This document shows positions 18,900 to 28,013 of a stretch of DNA of 64,000 bases, piece after piece. Source of the stretch: Myxococcota bacterium (lineage in GTDB: Bacteria; Myxococcota_A; UBA9160; UBA4427). Position numbers and translations under genes: made by a program. Below the pieces are notes generated by a model. It saw nothing but the letters and a program-made list of their open reading frames with translations, searched no databases and was not told the DNA's origin. The DNA lies in the NCBI GenBank assembly GCA_965250285.1, contig OZ252299.1, positions 4,256,001 to 4,320,000 on the forward strand. Direction: 5' to 3'. Each line of letters begins with the position of its first letter. Position 1 is the first letter of the stretch.

Positions 18900-21128
18900 T
18901 CATCCGGCTCTTGCTGTTTTTGCTGCCTTGGCTGCCTGGGCCCCTTGGGCTTCGGGGGCCGCCTGCGCGGCCGGCAGGCCGACTCTCTCGCACTGCACCG
19001 CGATGCCCGTCAGCCGCGCCATCCCCGACAGCGGCTCGAGCGACGCAGCACCATCCCGTGCGATCTCGTTGAAGTTCTGGCCCGCGGTCTCGCGCGCAAC
19101 GCTCAGCCCGGTCGCGTTCTGGTGCCCCCATCCGTGGGGCAGCGAGACCGTGCCGGGCATCATCTCGTCGGTCACGTGAACCGGCACCTCGATCTCACCC
19201 ACGTCGGTGCTCAGGCGGCACGGGTCGCCGTCGGCCAGGCCGCGCGCGTCGGCGTCGCTCGGATGCATCGCCAGTCGATTCTCGCCCCCGCCGCGCACGA
19301 AGCGCGCGACGTTGTTCATCCACGAGTTGTGCGACGTCTTCTCGCGCCGTGACACCAGCCGCAGCTGATCGGCCGTGGCGCGTTCCTGCTCGAAGGCGGC
19401 GTCGAGCCCTGCGGCCGCCTCGACGAGACGCCGTGGCGCGAGCACCACCTTGCCGTGGTCGGTGAGCACGCCCCGGCCGAGGAAGCGCCCGGCCTGCGGC
19501 GGCGCCAGCGGCAGACCATGCGGATGGCGCCGGATCTCGTGGAACGACCGGCCGTAGAACCACGCCAGTCCGCGATACCCCATCCGCGAGAGCGCTCGAC
19601 GCCAGCGCAGCGATCGCCCATCGGGTCCGCCGACCACGAACGAGGCGATCCACTGCACGATCTTCCAGCCGAGCAGCGGCGCACCGCAGGCGCGGCCCAG
19701 CTGCGTGAAGATCCACCATTCGTCGCGGGCCTCGCCGAGCGGCGGCACCACTGCTTCGGCGTACTGCATGTACGGCGTCGGCTGATAGCCGTTGATGCCG
19801 AGCGGCATGTCGTCACGCTCGAGGAACGACGTCGCGGGCAGCACGTAGTCGGCGAGCTCGCCGGTCTCGTTTCGAAAGAGGTCGATCGTGACCAGCAGGT
19901 CGAGCTTCGAGAGCGCCGCGCGCATGCGCCTCGAGTTCGGCGCAGCCAGCGCCGGGTTGCCCGCCGACACGAAGAGCGCGCGCAGCTGCCCACGCCCGCG
20001 GGTCTCGATCTCTTCGGGGATCAGCCCGATCGCCTCGCACTCGAACACGCTGCGGATGCCTCCGATGCGCGAGCGCGTGTAGCGGAGCCGGCTGCCGTGC
20101 GGATACGTCGACCGCGCCGCCTGGGTCATCGGCCTCGGGACGAGCAGCCCGCCCTTGCGATCGACGTTGTCGGTCACCAGGTTGATCACGTTGGCGAGCC
20201 AGCTGCAGAGCGAGCCGTGGGCGCCCTGATTCACGCCGGTCGACAGATAGATCGCGGCGCCGTCGGCCTCGCGAAACCGGCGCACGAGCGCGCGCAGCGC
20301 GTCGGCCGGCACCCGGGTCACGGCTTCGGTGCGCTCGGCCGGCCAGGGCTCGAGCACCTCGCGCAGCTCGGCCGCACCGATGCAGGCCTCGTCGACGCGC
20401 ACCGGAATCGCGCGACGCAGCAGCAGCTCGCGCGCGAATGACAGCAGAAAGAAGACATCGGTGCCCGGTCGAATGAAGTGCTGCTCACCGACCAGGTCGG
20501 CACTCTCGGTGCGGCGCGGGTTCAGGAAGGCGACGAAGCCGCCCCGATCTTCGATGGCCTTCAGTCGCTCGCGGATGCGCGGTGCGTTGATGAAGGTCAT
20601 GTTCGAGACGACCGGGTTCGCGCCGATGAAGATCATGCCGTTCGTGTGATCGATGTCGGGCACCGGCTGGATCATCGGCGACCCGTACATCTCTTCGCTC
20701 GCGACGAACTTGTTGTTGCAGTCGAGCGAGGCCGACGTGTAGATGTGCGTCGTGCCGAGGCCGGTCGAGAACGCCTTCGAGAACACGAGGTGAAGCGGCG
20801 AGAAGGGGGTCGGATTGCCTGCGTAGATGCCGAGGCAATCCGAGCCGTACTTGCGCTTCAGTCCCTTGACCCGCTCGCCGATCTCCTTCAGCGCCTGGGC
20901 CCACGAGATCTCGACGAACGCGTCTCCCACCCGCTTGAGCGGCGTTTCGACGCGGTCGGGAGAGTGATGCACCTCTTGGTACTGAGTGCCCTTCACGCAC
21001 GCGAAGCCCCGACTCACCACGTGGTCGGGATCGGGCTTGATCCGCGTGACCTGCTCGCCCTCGACTTCGACGAGCAACCCGCAGCTGGCCTCGCAGATTC
21101 GGCAGAAGGTGGGGTGTGTCTCGCTCAA
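18900..21128 (-). CDS. Molybdopterin-dependent oxidoreductase with N-terminal 4Fe-4S motif
   Basis: CRICEASC...C, GANPVVSN, ADYVLPA, HNSWM, SLPHGWG; TTG start. Confidence 0.9.
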   Translation of the reverse strand: MSETHPTFCRICEASCGLLVEVEGEQVTRIKPDPDHVVSRGFACVKGTQYQEVHHSPDRVETPLKRVGDAFVEISWAQALKEIGERVKGLKRKYGSDCLGIYAGNPTPFSPLHLVFSKAFSTGLGTTHIYTSASLDCNNKFVASEEMYGSPMIQPVPDIDHTNGMIFIGANPVVSNMTFINAPRIRERLKAIEDRGGFVAFLNPRRTESADLVGEQHFIRPGTDVFFLLSFARELLLRRAIPVRVDEACIGAAELREVLEPWPAERTEAVTRVPADALRALVRRFREADGAAIYLSTGVNQGAHGSLCSWLANVINLVTDNVDRKGGLLVPRPMTQAARSTYPHGSRLRYTRSRIGGIRSVFECEAIGLIPEEIETRGRGQLRALFVSAGNPALAAPNSRRMRAALSKLDLLVTIDLFRNETGELADYVLPATSFLERDDMPLGINGYQPTPYMQYAEAVVPPLGEARDEWWIFTQLGRACGAPLLGWKIVQWIASFVVGGPDGRSLRWRRALSRMGYRGLAWFYGRSFHEIRRHPHGLPLAPPQAGRFLGRGVLTDHGKVVLAPRRLVEAAAGLDAAFEQERATADQLRLVSRREKTSHNSWMNNVARFVRGGGENRLAMHPSDADARGLADGDPCRLSTDVGEIEVPVHVTDEMMPGTVSLPHGWGHQNATGLSVARETAGQNFNEIARDGAASLEPLSGMARLTGIAVQCERVGLPAAQAAPEAQGAQAAKAAKTARAG

Positions 21129-21191
21129 GAGGCGTTCGCTTCCATCTCGCTCACGGCGACGGGGAAGCCACAGAGTAGCCGGTACGGTCGC

Positions 21192-22583
21192 TCAGCGACC
21201 GATGCCGCCGGGAGAGCGACCCAGCTCGAAGGCGAGGGCCGACGCCAAATCTGGACGCGTGAAGCGATAGCCCGCGCCCTCGAGCGCGGCAGGCCGCACG
21301 AACGCGCCTCTCAGCAGCATCTCGTCGGCCATCTCACCGAGCGCGAGGCGCATCGCAAAACCGGGCGCCGGCAACACGGCGGGGCGCCGCAAGACGCGAC
21401 CCAGGGTGTGCCCGAACTCGCGGCTCGACACGCTGCCCGGCGCGGTCGCATTCACCGGGCCTTCGACGTCGTTTCGCTGCAGCGCGAAGTGGATCGCGTA
21501 CACCAGATCGTCGAGACCGATCCACGACAGTCCCTGACGGCCGTGCCCGACGGGCCCCCCGAGTCCCAGCTGAAACAGCGGCAGCTGTGTCGCGAGCGCG
21601 CCGCCCGACGCGGTCAGTACGATGCCGATGCGCAGGTTCACGACCCGTGTCGAGGTCGCCGCCAGGCCCTCGGTCGCCCCCTCCCACTCGCGGCAGACGT
21701 CGGCCAGGAAGCCGTCGCCCGGTGCGGCCTTCTCGTCGACCTCGCCCTCGGGTCGATCGCCGTAGAAGCCCACCGCCGAAGCCGAGATCAGCGTTGCGGG
21801 CGGCCGTTTCATCGCGGCGAGCGTGTCGCAGAGCAGGCGCGTGCCCGCGACCCGGCTCTCCCGGATCGCGCGCTTCTTGGCCGCCGTCCAGCGCAGGCTC
21901 GCGATCGACTCGCCTGCGAGGTGCACCACGGCGTCGACGCCCTCGAGACCGGCGGCGTCGATTCGACCCGCCGAGGGATCCCAACCGACGTCGGTCGACC
22001 CGGGCCGCGGGCGGCGGACGATGCGCGTCACGCGGTGACCGGCCACCGACAGAAAGCCCTCGAGGCTGCGGCCCACGACACCGGTCGCGCCGGTGATCGC
22101 GACGTGCAGCGGCTCACCACCGTACCGGGCGATCTGCGCGAGGTCTTCGAACATGCGCTCGTGTCGAAAGCGGAACATGCGCTCGAGGGTGTGGCGCGCG
22201 AACGCGCCACCGAACGTCTGGCCGAGCCAGCCGAGGGGCAGCGCGTAGTCGATGTGGTCTTCGAGCACCGAGCGGTCGGGCTGGCCAGGCAGCTCGAGGC
22301 AGCCATGTCGATGAGTCCAGCGCGCGAACGGGCCCGAGGCCTGGTCGTCGGTAAACCCGCGCGGGGGCTCGTAGTCGCGGTGCACGGCCACCCAACGGAC
22401 ACCAACGACCGGCGGCCCCATGCGCAGCACGACCTGGTCGCCATTCTGGATGCCGCCGGGCTCGAGCACGCTGACCGTCTGGAACGGCGGCAGCATGCGC
22501 TGCAGCGCGCCGGGGCGCGTGTGGTAGTCGAAGAGCCGCTCCTGTGAGACCGGCATCTCGCTGCGATGAACGAATGTGGGCAA
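21192..22583 (-). CDS. SRPBCC domain fused to TIGR01777-family NAD-dependent epimerase
   Basis: N-terminal F.DxQ.SGPFARWTHRH (SRPBCC); ITGATGVVG, VVHLAGE, SASAVGFYG, FLADVCREWE; TTG start after GGAGGG. Confidence 0.88.
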   Translation of the reverse strand: MPTFVHRSEMPVSQERLFDYHTRPGALQRMLPPFQTVSVLEPGGIQNGDQVVLRMGPPVVGVRWVAVHRDYEPPRGFTDDQASGPFARWTHRHGCLELPGQPDRSVLEDHIDYALPLGWLGQTFGGAFARHTLERMFRFRHERMFEDLAQIARYGGEPLHVAITGATGVVGRSLEGFLSVAGHRVTRIVRRPRPGSTDVGWDPSAGRIDAAGLEGVDAVVHLAGESIASLRWTAAKKRAIRESRVAGTRLLCDTLAAMKRPPATLISASAVGFYGDRPEGEVDEKAAPGDGFLADVCREWEGATEGLAATSTRVVNLRIGIVLTASGGALATQLPLFQLGLGGPVGHGRQGLSWIGLDDLVYAIHFALQRNDVEGPVNATAPGSVSSREFGHTLGRVLRRPAVLPAPGFAMRLALGEMADEMLLRGAFVRPAALEGAGYRFTRPDLASALAFELGRSPGGIGR

Positions 22584-22866
22584 AGCGAGCTCCCTCCGGG
22601 CAGGCCGCCGGCCGGGGCAAGCCCCCGTCCGTATGCGGGCCACGCGACGCGCGGGCGACAGATTCCCGCGATTTTCTGCGCAACCCCAGCGGACCGTACC
22701 GGTTCGACGTCTCGAACTGGGATGCCGCAAAGCCTGCGGCGAAGCCTCGATTCGGGCCGAGATTCGGCTCGCGAGGCGAGACGGGCCCTGGCCCGTCGAG
22801 GGGCGTCGCGCCGCGCCCCACGGACGGCGCGCAGAATCGGGACAAACCCGAAGAGGAGTCCAACCG

Positions 22867-23748
22867 ATGAGGAACCTTTCGATCCTGCTGCTGCTGCCGC
22901 TCGGTCTCGCCCTGTCGATCGGCGGTACGGGCTGCACCGAGGCGAGCAACGCCGCCGGGCCCTCGGCCGACTTGATCGACGATGCGGCCGCCATGGCTGC
23001 CCTCGCCGACGGCGACGGCGAAGATCTGAGCACCGCGATGGCCGCCATGAGCATGGACGATGCCGTCATGGAAGACGTCGACGTCGAGCTGCTCGAAGAG
23101 GACGACATGGCGCGCGCGTGCCGCTTCATCGACTTTCGCCGCCGCGTGATCGCCGAGTACGACACCGACGAAGACGGCGAGCTCGATCGCGACGAGCGCT
23201 ACGCGCTGCGCGACGACCTGGCTGCCCCGCCCTTCCGACTGCGCAAGCACGGGCGGCACTACCGGCTGAAGCGCCTCAAGTGGATCTACGACGCCGACGA
23301 CTCGGGCGCCCTCGACCCGGCCGAGCGCGACGAGCTGCGGGGCGACCTCGAGCTGCGCTGCATGAACCGCGAGGCGTGGCTCATCGAGCGATACGACGAG
23401 AACGGGGACGGCGAGCTCGACGACGACGAGTTCGGCGATGCGGTCGACGCCCTCGTCGAACGTCGCCAGACGCGCCGCGCTGCGTTCGTCGACCAATACG
23501 ATGAGAACGAAGATGGCCGGGTCGACTATTTCGAGCGTGTCCAGGCGCGCATCGATCGGCTCGAGCGCATCCTCGACCGACACGACGCCGCGATCGACGA
23601 GTACGACGTCGACGGGGACGGCACGCTGTCGACCGACGAGCGCGCGCCGTTGCGTGAGAAGCTCAAGGCGCGTGTCCGCGGTGAGCACTTCGGCGACGAC
23701 CCGCTTGGCGACGGAGAGGACGACGACAGCGAGGAGTCGGTCGAGTAG
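22867..23748 (+). CDS. Acidic multi-EF-hand (Ca2+-binding) putative lipoprotein
   Basis: GAGGAG RBS; signal peptide ending GTGC; five DxDxDG-type loops (YDTDEDGELD, YDADDSGALD, YDENGDGELD, YDENEDGRVD, YDVDGDGTLS). Confidence 0.82.
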   Translation: MRNLSILLLLPLGLALSIGGTGCTEASNAAGPSADLIDDAAAMAALADGDGEDLSTAMAAMSMDDAVMEDVDVELLEEDDMARACRFIDFRRRVIAEYDTDEDGELDRDERYALRDDLAAPPFRLRKHGRHYRLKRLKWIYDADDSGALDPAERDELRGDLELRCMNREAWLIERYDENGDGELDDDEFGDAVDALVERRQTRRAAFVDQYDENEDGRVDYFERVQARIDRLERILDRHDAAIDEYDVDGDGTLSTDERAPLREKLKARVRGEHFGDDPLGDGEDDDSEESVE

Positions 23749-23775
23749 GCGCGAGCCCACATCATGGCGAAACCG

Positions 23776-23806
23776 AACGCCCCGAGACCGCGCGTCTCGG
23801 GGCGTT
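23776..23806 (+). terminator. Intrinsic terminator-like hairpin
   Basis: 13-bp perfect stem AACGCCCCGAGAC / GTCTCGGGGCGTT with a 5-nt loop, 27 bp after the EF-hand gene; short U tract. Confidence 0.6.
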
Positions 23807-23882
23807 TCTGCTGCACCTCGTTACAGCCAAGGGTGATCCGCGAAGGGCGGCAGGCCCTTCGCCCTGCGCCTAGACTGCGGCC

Positions 23883-24806
23883 ATGATCGTACGCAACGGA
23901 AGCGGGCTGAAGGCCGCGCTGCGCATGCTCTTCGTGAAGAACTGGCTCGTGATCGTCGTCGTGCTGGCGCTCGAGGCGGCCGCCCTCGAGCTGCACCGAA
24001 CGCTCCCGGCGCTGAAGTCGAATGCATTCTCCGAGGCTGGCGTTGCGGTGCTCGCGGGCACGGTCGGCGTCTTCCTTGCCTTTCGATTCAACGAGGCGTA
24101 CGGCCGCTGGTGGGAGGCGCGCATCCTCTGGGGTGGCATGGTCAACTCGAGCCGAACGTTCGCGCGCCAGGTGCTCTCCTATGTCGCGACGACGCCCGAG
24201 GCTGCGGCACTGCGGCGCGAGCTGGTGATGAGCCAGGTCGCGTACATCAACGCCCTGCGCTGCTCATTGCGGGGAGAAGACGCGATGGAGGCGGCGGCGC
24301 CCTTCCTCGGCGAAGCCGCGCGCGAAGAGCTCGAGGGCTCGAAGAATCTGCCGACCCAGATCATCGCGCGCCAGAATCGACTGCTGTCGCAGATGACGCG
24401 CGACGATGTCGCCGCTGCGATCACGCTCTCGCGATTCGACGCCACGCTGAGCGAGCTGACGAACCTGCAGGGCGGCATGGAGCGCATCAAGAACACGGCG
24501 TTCCCCGATCGAGTGATCTTCGTGTCGCGCATGCTCGTGTGGGTGGTCGCGCTGCTCGTGTGCCTCGCCTTCATCGACCCGATCGAGGTCGTCTACGTGC
24601 TCGAATTCTTCGCCGTGTTGATGATCGTGCTGAGCTTCAAGCTCGTGGTGCAGCTTGGTGAAGAGTTGAACGACCCCTTCGAGAATCGGGCCAACGACAC
24701 ACCGATGACCGCGCTCTGTCGAGTGATCGAGATCGACCTGCGGCAGATGCTCGGCGAGACCGATCTGCCCGAGCCGATTCAGCCCGAGAACGGCATCCTG
24801 ATGTAG
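23883..24806 (+). CDS. Bestrophin-family ion channel (YneE-like)
   Basis: FLAFRFNEAYGRWWEARILWG, GGMERIKNT, LNDPFE, PMTALCRVIEIDL. Confidence 0.92.
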   Translation: MIVRNGSGLKAALRMLFVKNWLVIVVVLALEAAALELHRTLPALKSNAFSEAGVAVLAGTVGVFLAFRFNEAYGRWWEARILWGGMVNSSRTFARQVLSYVATTPEAAALRRELVMSQVAYINALRCSLRGEDAMEAAAPFLGEAAREELEGSKNLPTQIIARQNRLLSQMTRDDVAAAITLSRFDATLSELTNLQGGMERIKNTAFPDRVIFVSRMLVWVVALLVCLAFIDPIEVVYVLEFFAVLMIVLSFKLVVQLGEELNDPFENRANDTPMTALCRVIEIDLRQMLGETDLPEPIQPENGILM

Positions 24807-24837
24807 GCCGCGCGGGCCGCCTGGCGGCCGCTGCACC

Positions 24838-26394
24838 TCAAGAGAAGTCGAGCAGCTCGTGGGCGCCGAGCAGGCGTTCCTGAATCGGAATGCCGACCGG
24901 GCAGCTCCCCATGCAGGGTGCCGCGCAGCCGGCGCAGGCCGACGCGTTCGGCTGAAGCTTCGCGTAGCCCTCGAGCGCCTGTCGCTCAGACCGGTAGTCC
25001 TCGAAGTACATGCGGTGCCGCAGGACGTCGGGGATCGGCACGCCCTCGGGACACGCCTCGAGGCAAGCGCCGCAATGCGGCGCGCAGTAGGTGCCCACGA
25101 TCTGTCGGTCGTAGCGCTCGAGCACCGCCAGATCGGCAGGCGTCATTCCCTTGCCCGACGCATACAGGTACTCGTCGACGTGCTGCATCTCGTAGAACGA
25201 GATGATCGACGCGGACACGTTCGGGTTCGACGCGACCCACTTGAGGGCGGCCTGGGCATACGAGCCGCGGTCCTCTTCGAAGCCGGCCAGGTTGCGATGG
25301 CGAGCGCCCTTGAGCGTCTTCATCGCGACGACGCCCATGTCCTGCTCGTTGCGCGCGCGGGCGATCACGTCGTCGAGGTGCGACCAGATGCCGTGGTGGT
25401 AGGCGAGCATCATCACGTCGAAGCGACCGCTGTCGATCGCCGCGTTCGCGACGCTCTCGAGCCTGGGCGTATGGGAAGAGAAGCCGAGAAAGCGTGCCTT
25501 GCCCTCGGCCTTCAGCTCGTCGAAGGCCGTGTGCACGTTGGGGTCGAGCAAACGGTCGACCTCGTCACACGAGTGGATGTGGATCAGATCGACGTAGTCG
25601 GTCCCGAGTCGCTGCAGCGACTCCTCGATGACCTGCTTGTACTTCGGCACGGGCGTACCGGGCGGCAGGTGCCCGAGCGGTGTACAGAACTTGGTCGCGA
25701 GGAAGAACTGGTCGCGCGGTACGTCGCGGATCGCCTGCCCCACGAGCTGCTCGCTGCCCGCCTCGGAGTAGTCGGGGGACGTGTCGATGTAGTTGACGCC
25801 GCGGTCGAGAGCGAGGCGCACGATGTCGGCGCCCTTCTCGCCCCGGAGCGGCCCGGTGCCGACGACGATGTCCGAGATCGGCCACTCGGTGCGGCCCAAC
25901 CGCCCGTAGTGTTCGACGCGGCTGCCCTTCCAGTGCTCTTCCCACGTCGGGTGCGTCTCGGGCACCACCTTGCCGAAGATCTCTGTCCCGGTCTCCTGCC
26001 AGCCCCCGGCTCCCGTCCCGACGCCACGGCCCGCGCGCGCGAAGATGCCGCCGACGCCGGCGACGACCGAGCCCAACGCGGTCCCGGCGCCCACGAGGAA
26101 GAGTCGGCGTCCGGCGACGCCCCCGACCTCGCCCCGGTCTCGGGCGTCGGCCCGCACCGCGCGCAGCGCGAGGTAGACGCCCGCGGCCGCGATCAAGAGG
26201 ATCGTCCCGAAGCCGAGCACGATCCCGCCCACCGCCTTCGGGACGCCGGGCGCGAGCTTCTGGGAGAGCTCGCCGCCCGGGAACGCCGAGGGGTCGAGAC
26301 CGACCGCGGTGAGGTAGATCCACTCGCCGGCGAAGGTCAGCCCGGCGATTAGCGACGCGAGAATCGTGACGAACACGGCGATCCGGGTCTTCAT
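24838..26394 (-). CDS. Aldo/keto reductase with C-terminal Fe-S domain, two N-terminal TM helices and an internal twin-arginine motif
   Basis: LGRT, GVNYIDTSPDY, ATKF, SLQRLGTDYVDL; CxxxCxxCxxxCP and CxxCxxxCxxxCP clusters; GRRLFL after two hydrophobic segments; start MKTRIAV after a GAGGGGAG RBS. Confidence 0.88.
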   Translation of the reverse strand: MKTRIAVFVTILASLIAGLTFAGEWIYLTAVGLDPSAFPGGELSQKLAPGVPKAVGGIVLGFGTILLIAAAGVYLALRAVRADARDRGEVGGVAGRRLFLVGAGTALGSVVAGVGGIFARAGRGVGTGAGGWQETGTEIFGKVVPETHPTWEEHWKGSRVEHYGRLGRTEWPISDIVVGTGPLRGEKGADIVRLALDRGVNYIDTSPDYSEAGSEQLVGQAIRDVPRDQFFLATKFCTPLGHLPPGTPVPKYKQVIEESLQRLGTDYVDLIHIHSCDEVDRLLDPNVHTAFDELKAEGKARFLGFSSHTPRLESVANAAIDSGRFDVMMLAYHHGIWSHLDDVIARARNEQDMGVVAMKTLKGARHRNLAGFEEDRGSYAQAALKWVASNPNVSASIISFYEMQHVDEYLYASGKGMTPADLAVLERYDRQIVGTYCAPHCGACLEACPEGVPIPDVLRHRMYFEDYRSERQALEGYAKLQPNASACAGCAAPCMGSCPVGIPIQERLLGAHELLDFS

Positions 26395-26538
26395 GCAGGC
26401 GCTCCCCTCTGCGTTGGCGACCCGAGCATAAGTCAGGCAACGCACGAGAGCGCCCGCAGGCGCCGATTCGGTGCGGTTCGGGCGGGGCGAGCCGACCCCG
26501 GGTCGGGCCTCTGCGGCCAGATGGCGTACTCTCGGGGC

Positions 26539-27039
26539 ATGGAACGTTGGTCGATCCACCTGCACAAAGAAGATTTCAAGTTCTCGGCCGCGCACTTTCT
26601 GATCTTTCCCGACGGATCGAAAGAGCGGCTGCACGGACACAATTATCGGGTGGCCGTCGAGCTCGAGGGGCCGGTCGGCGACGACGGGATCGTGCTCGAC
26701 TTCAAGGAGGTCAAGCCCGAGATCCGATCGCTGTGCAATGCGCTCGACGAGTACTGGCTGGTGCCGGGCGAGCATCCCGAGGTGAAGGTCGACCAGCGCG
26801 ACGACGGCCACACCGAGGTCGTCTATCGCGAGTGTCGCTACCTCGCCCCGACCGACGAGGTCGTCGTGCTGCCGATCGCGAACACGTCCTCAGAGCTGTT
26901 CGCGGCGTGGATGGCCCGCGAGCTCGATCGCCGACTCAGCGGGCGCTTCGGCGCTGACAGCATCTCACGGCTTCGCGTCTCGATCGAAGAGACGGCGGGC
27001 CAGCACGGCGCCTTCGAGATCGATCACGGCGACGCGTGA
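26539..27039 (+). CDS. 6-pyruvoyl-tetrahydropterin synthase family protein (ExxHGH, PTPS-III-like)
   Basis: FSAAHF, KERLHGHNY, LDF, NTSSELFA, EET. Confidence 0.88.
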   Translation: MERWSIHLHKEDFKFSAAHFLIFPDGSKERLHGHNYRVAVELEGPVGDDGIVLDFKEVKPEIRSLCNALDEYWLVPGEHPEVKVDQRDDGHTEVVYRECRYLAPTDEVVVLPIANTSSELFAAWMARELDRRLSGRFGADSISRLRVSIEETAGQHGAFEIDHGDA

Positions 27040-27060
27040 CCGACGGCCGACTCGCTCGGC

Positions 27061-27753
27061 TCATGCCTGGCTCATCCCCTGGGCGAGCGCTGCGTAGAGC
27101 GAGAGCGACGCCATGATCAACATGACGTGAAAGAAGTCGTGGTAGCAGAAGCGCCCGGGCCAGAACCGGGGACGCTCCCATACGAAGACCGCGAAGCCGA
27201 CCACGTAGAAGATCAACGCCGCCCCGAGCAGCTGCATCGGCGTGCCCGGGAAGTGGTCCGCGAACGCCTGGAGCAGCGGCACCGCCATCAGCGCCTGGGC
27301 GAATTGAACCGGCATCGACCAGGTGACCGGCACGTTCGGCCACCAGATCTTCTGCGCGACACCCGGAATGGCCACACACCACACGCCGGCCACGACCACG
27401 TCGTTCCAGCCGCCGGCGTCGACGACCAGCGCAAGAGCCGTCGCCGTCCCGGCGACCTTGAAGTAGATCATCGCGTGATCGGCCCGCTGCCAGCGGGCCT
27501 TGTTGCGCGGGGTCCAGTCGATGCCGTGATAGAGCGCGCTGACCGTGAAGAGTGCGGTCTGCGTGAGCGGCAGGACGACGAGCGCAGAAGAGAAACGGGA
27601 CGTCGCGTGGGGCCACGATAGGATCGCCGTCAGCGCGCCGAGCGAGAGCGCCACACCGAGCAGATCGAGCCCGAGTCGAACGGGGTTCCTGAGCCTCCAA
27701 CCCGCGAAGGTCGGTGCAGTCGAAGTCAGCAAGCTCGGCCTCGATGCCTCCAT
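27061..27753 (-). CDS. Hemolysin III / PAQR family membrane protein
   Basis: SALYH, DHAMIY, YHDFFH; about 7 TM segments. Confidence 0.88.
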   Translation of the reverse strand: MEASRPSLLTSTAPTFAGWRLRNPVRLGLDLLGVALSLGALTAILSWPHATSRFSSALVVLPLTQTALFTVSALYHGIDWTPRNKARWQRADHAMIYFKVAGTATALALVVDAGGWNDVVVAGVWCVAIPGVAQKIWWPNVPVTWSMPVQFAQALMAVPLLQAFADHFPGTPMQLLGAALIFYVVGFAVFVWERPRFWPGRFCYHDFFHVMLIMASLSLYAALAQGMSQA

Positions 27754-28013
27754 GGGGGAGCAACGAGATCATCGCCCCCACGCGTGCCAGCTCGATGACC
27801 GGCAGGTTCGATCTCGGTTGAGCCTGCGTGCAAAGCGCGCGCGACTTCATGAAGCGCGCGCGGGTTTCGCCAAGACGACGCATGGCGCTCACGCGTTCGT
27901 CACCGGGCCTGACGATGCTGTTGAGTTGGGGGGCCTGACTCGAATCGGAGCGGGGCCAGCGAAGGCGCACCGCCGTGCCAGTGCACGTGGTCGCCGCAGT
28001 TCGGAGAGAGGGC

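Noticed and set aside
23140..23640. Recurring GACGAG/GACGGC units as a CRISPR-like or tandem DNA repeat
   Set aside because: Explained by EF-hand codons; no identical repeats with unique spacers
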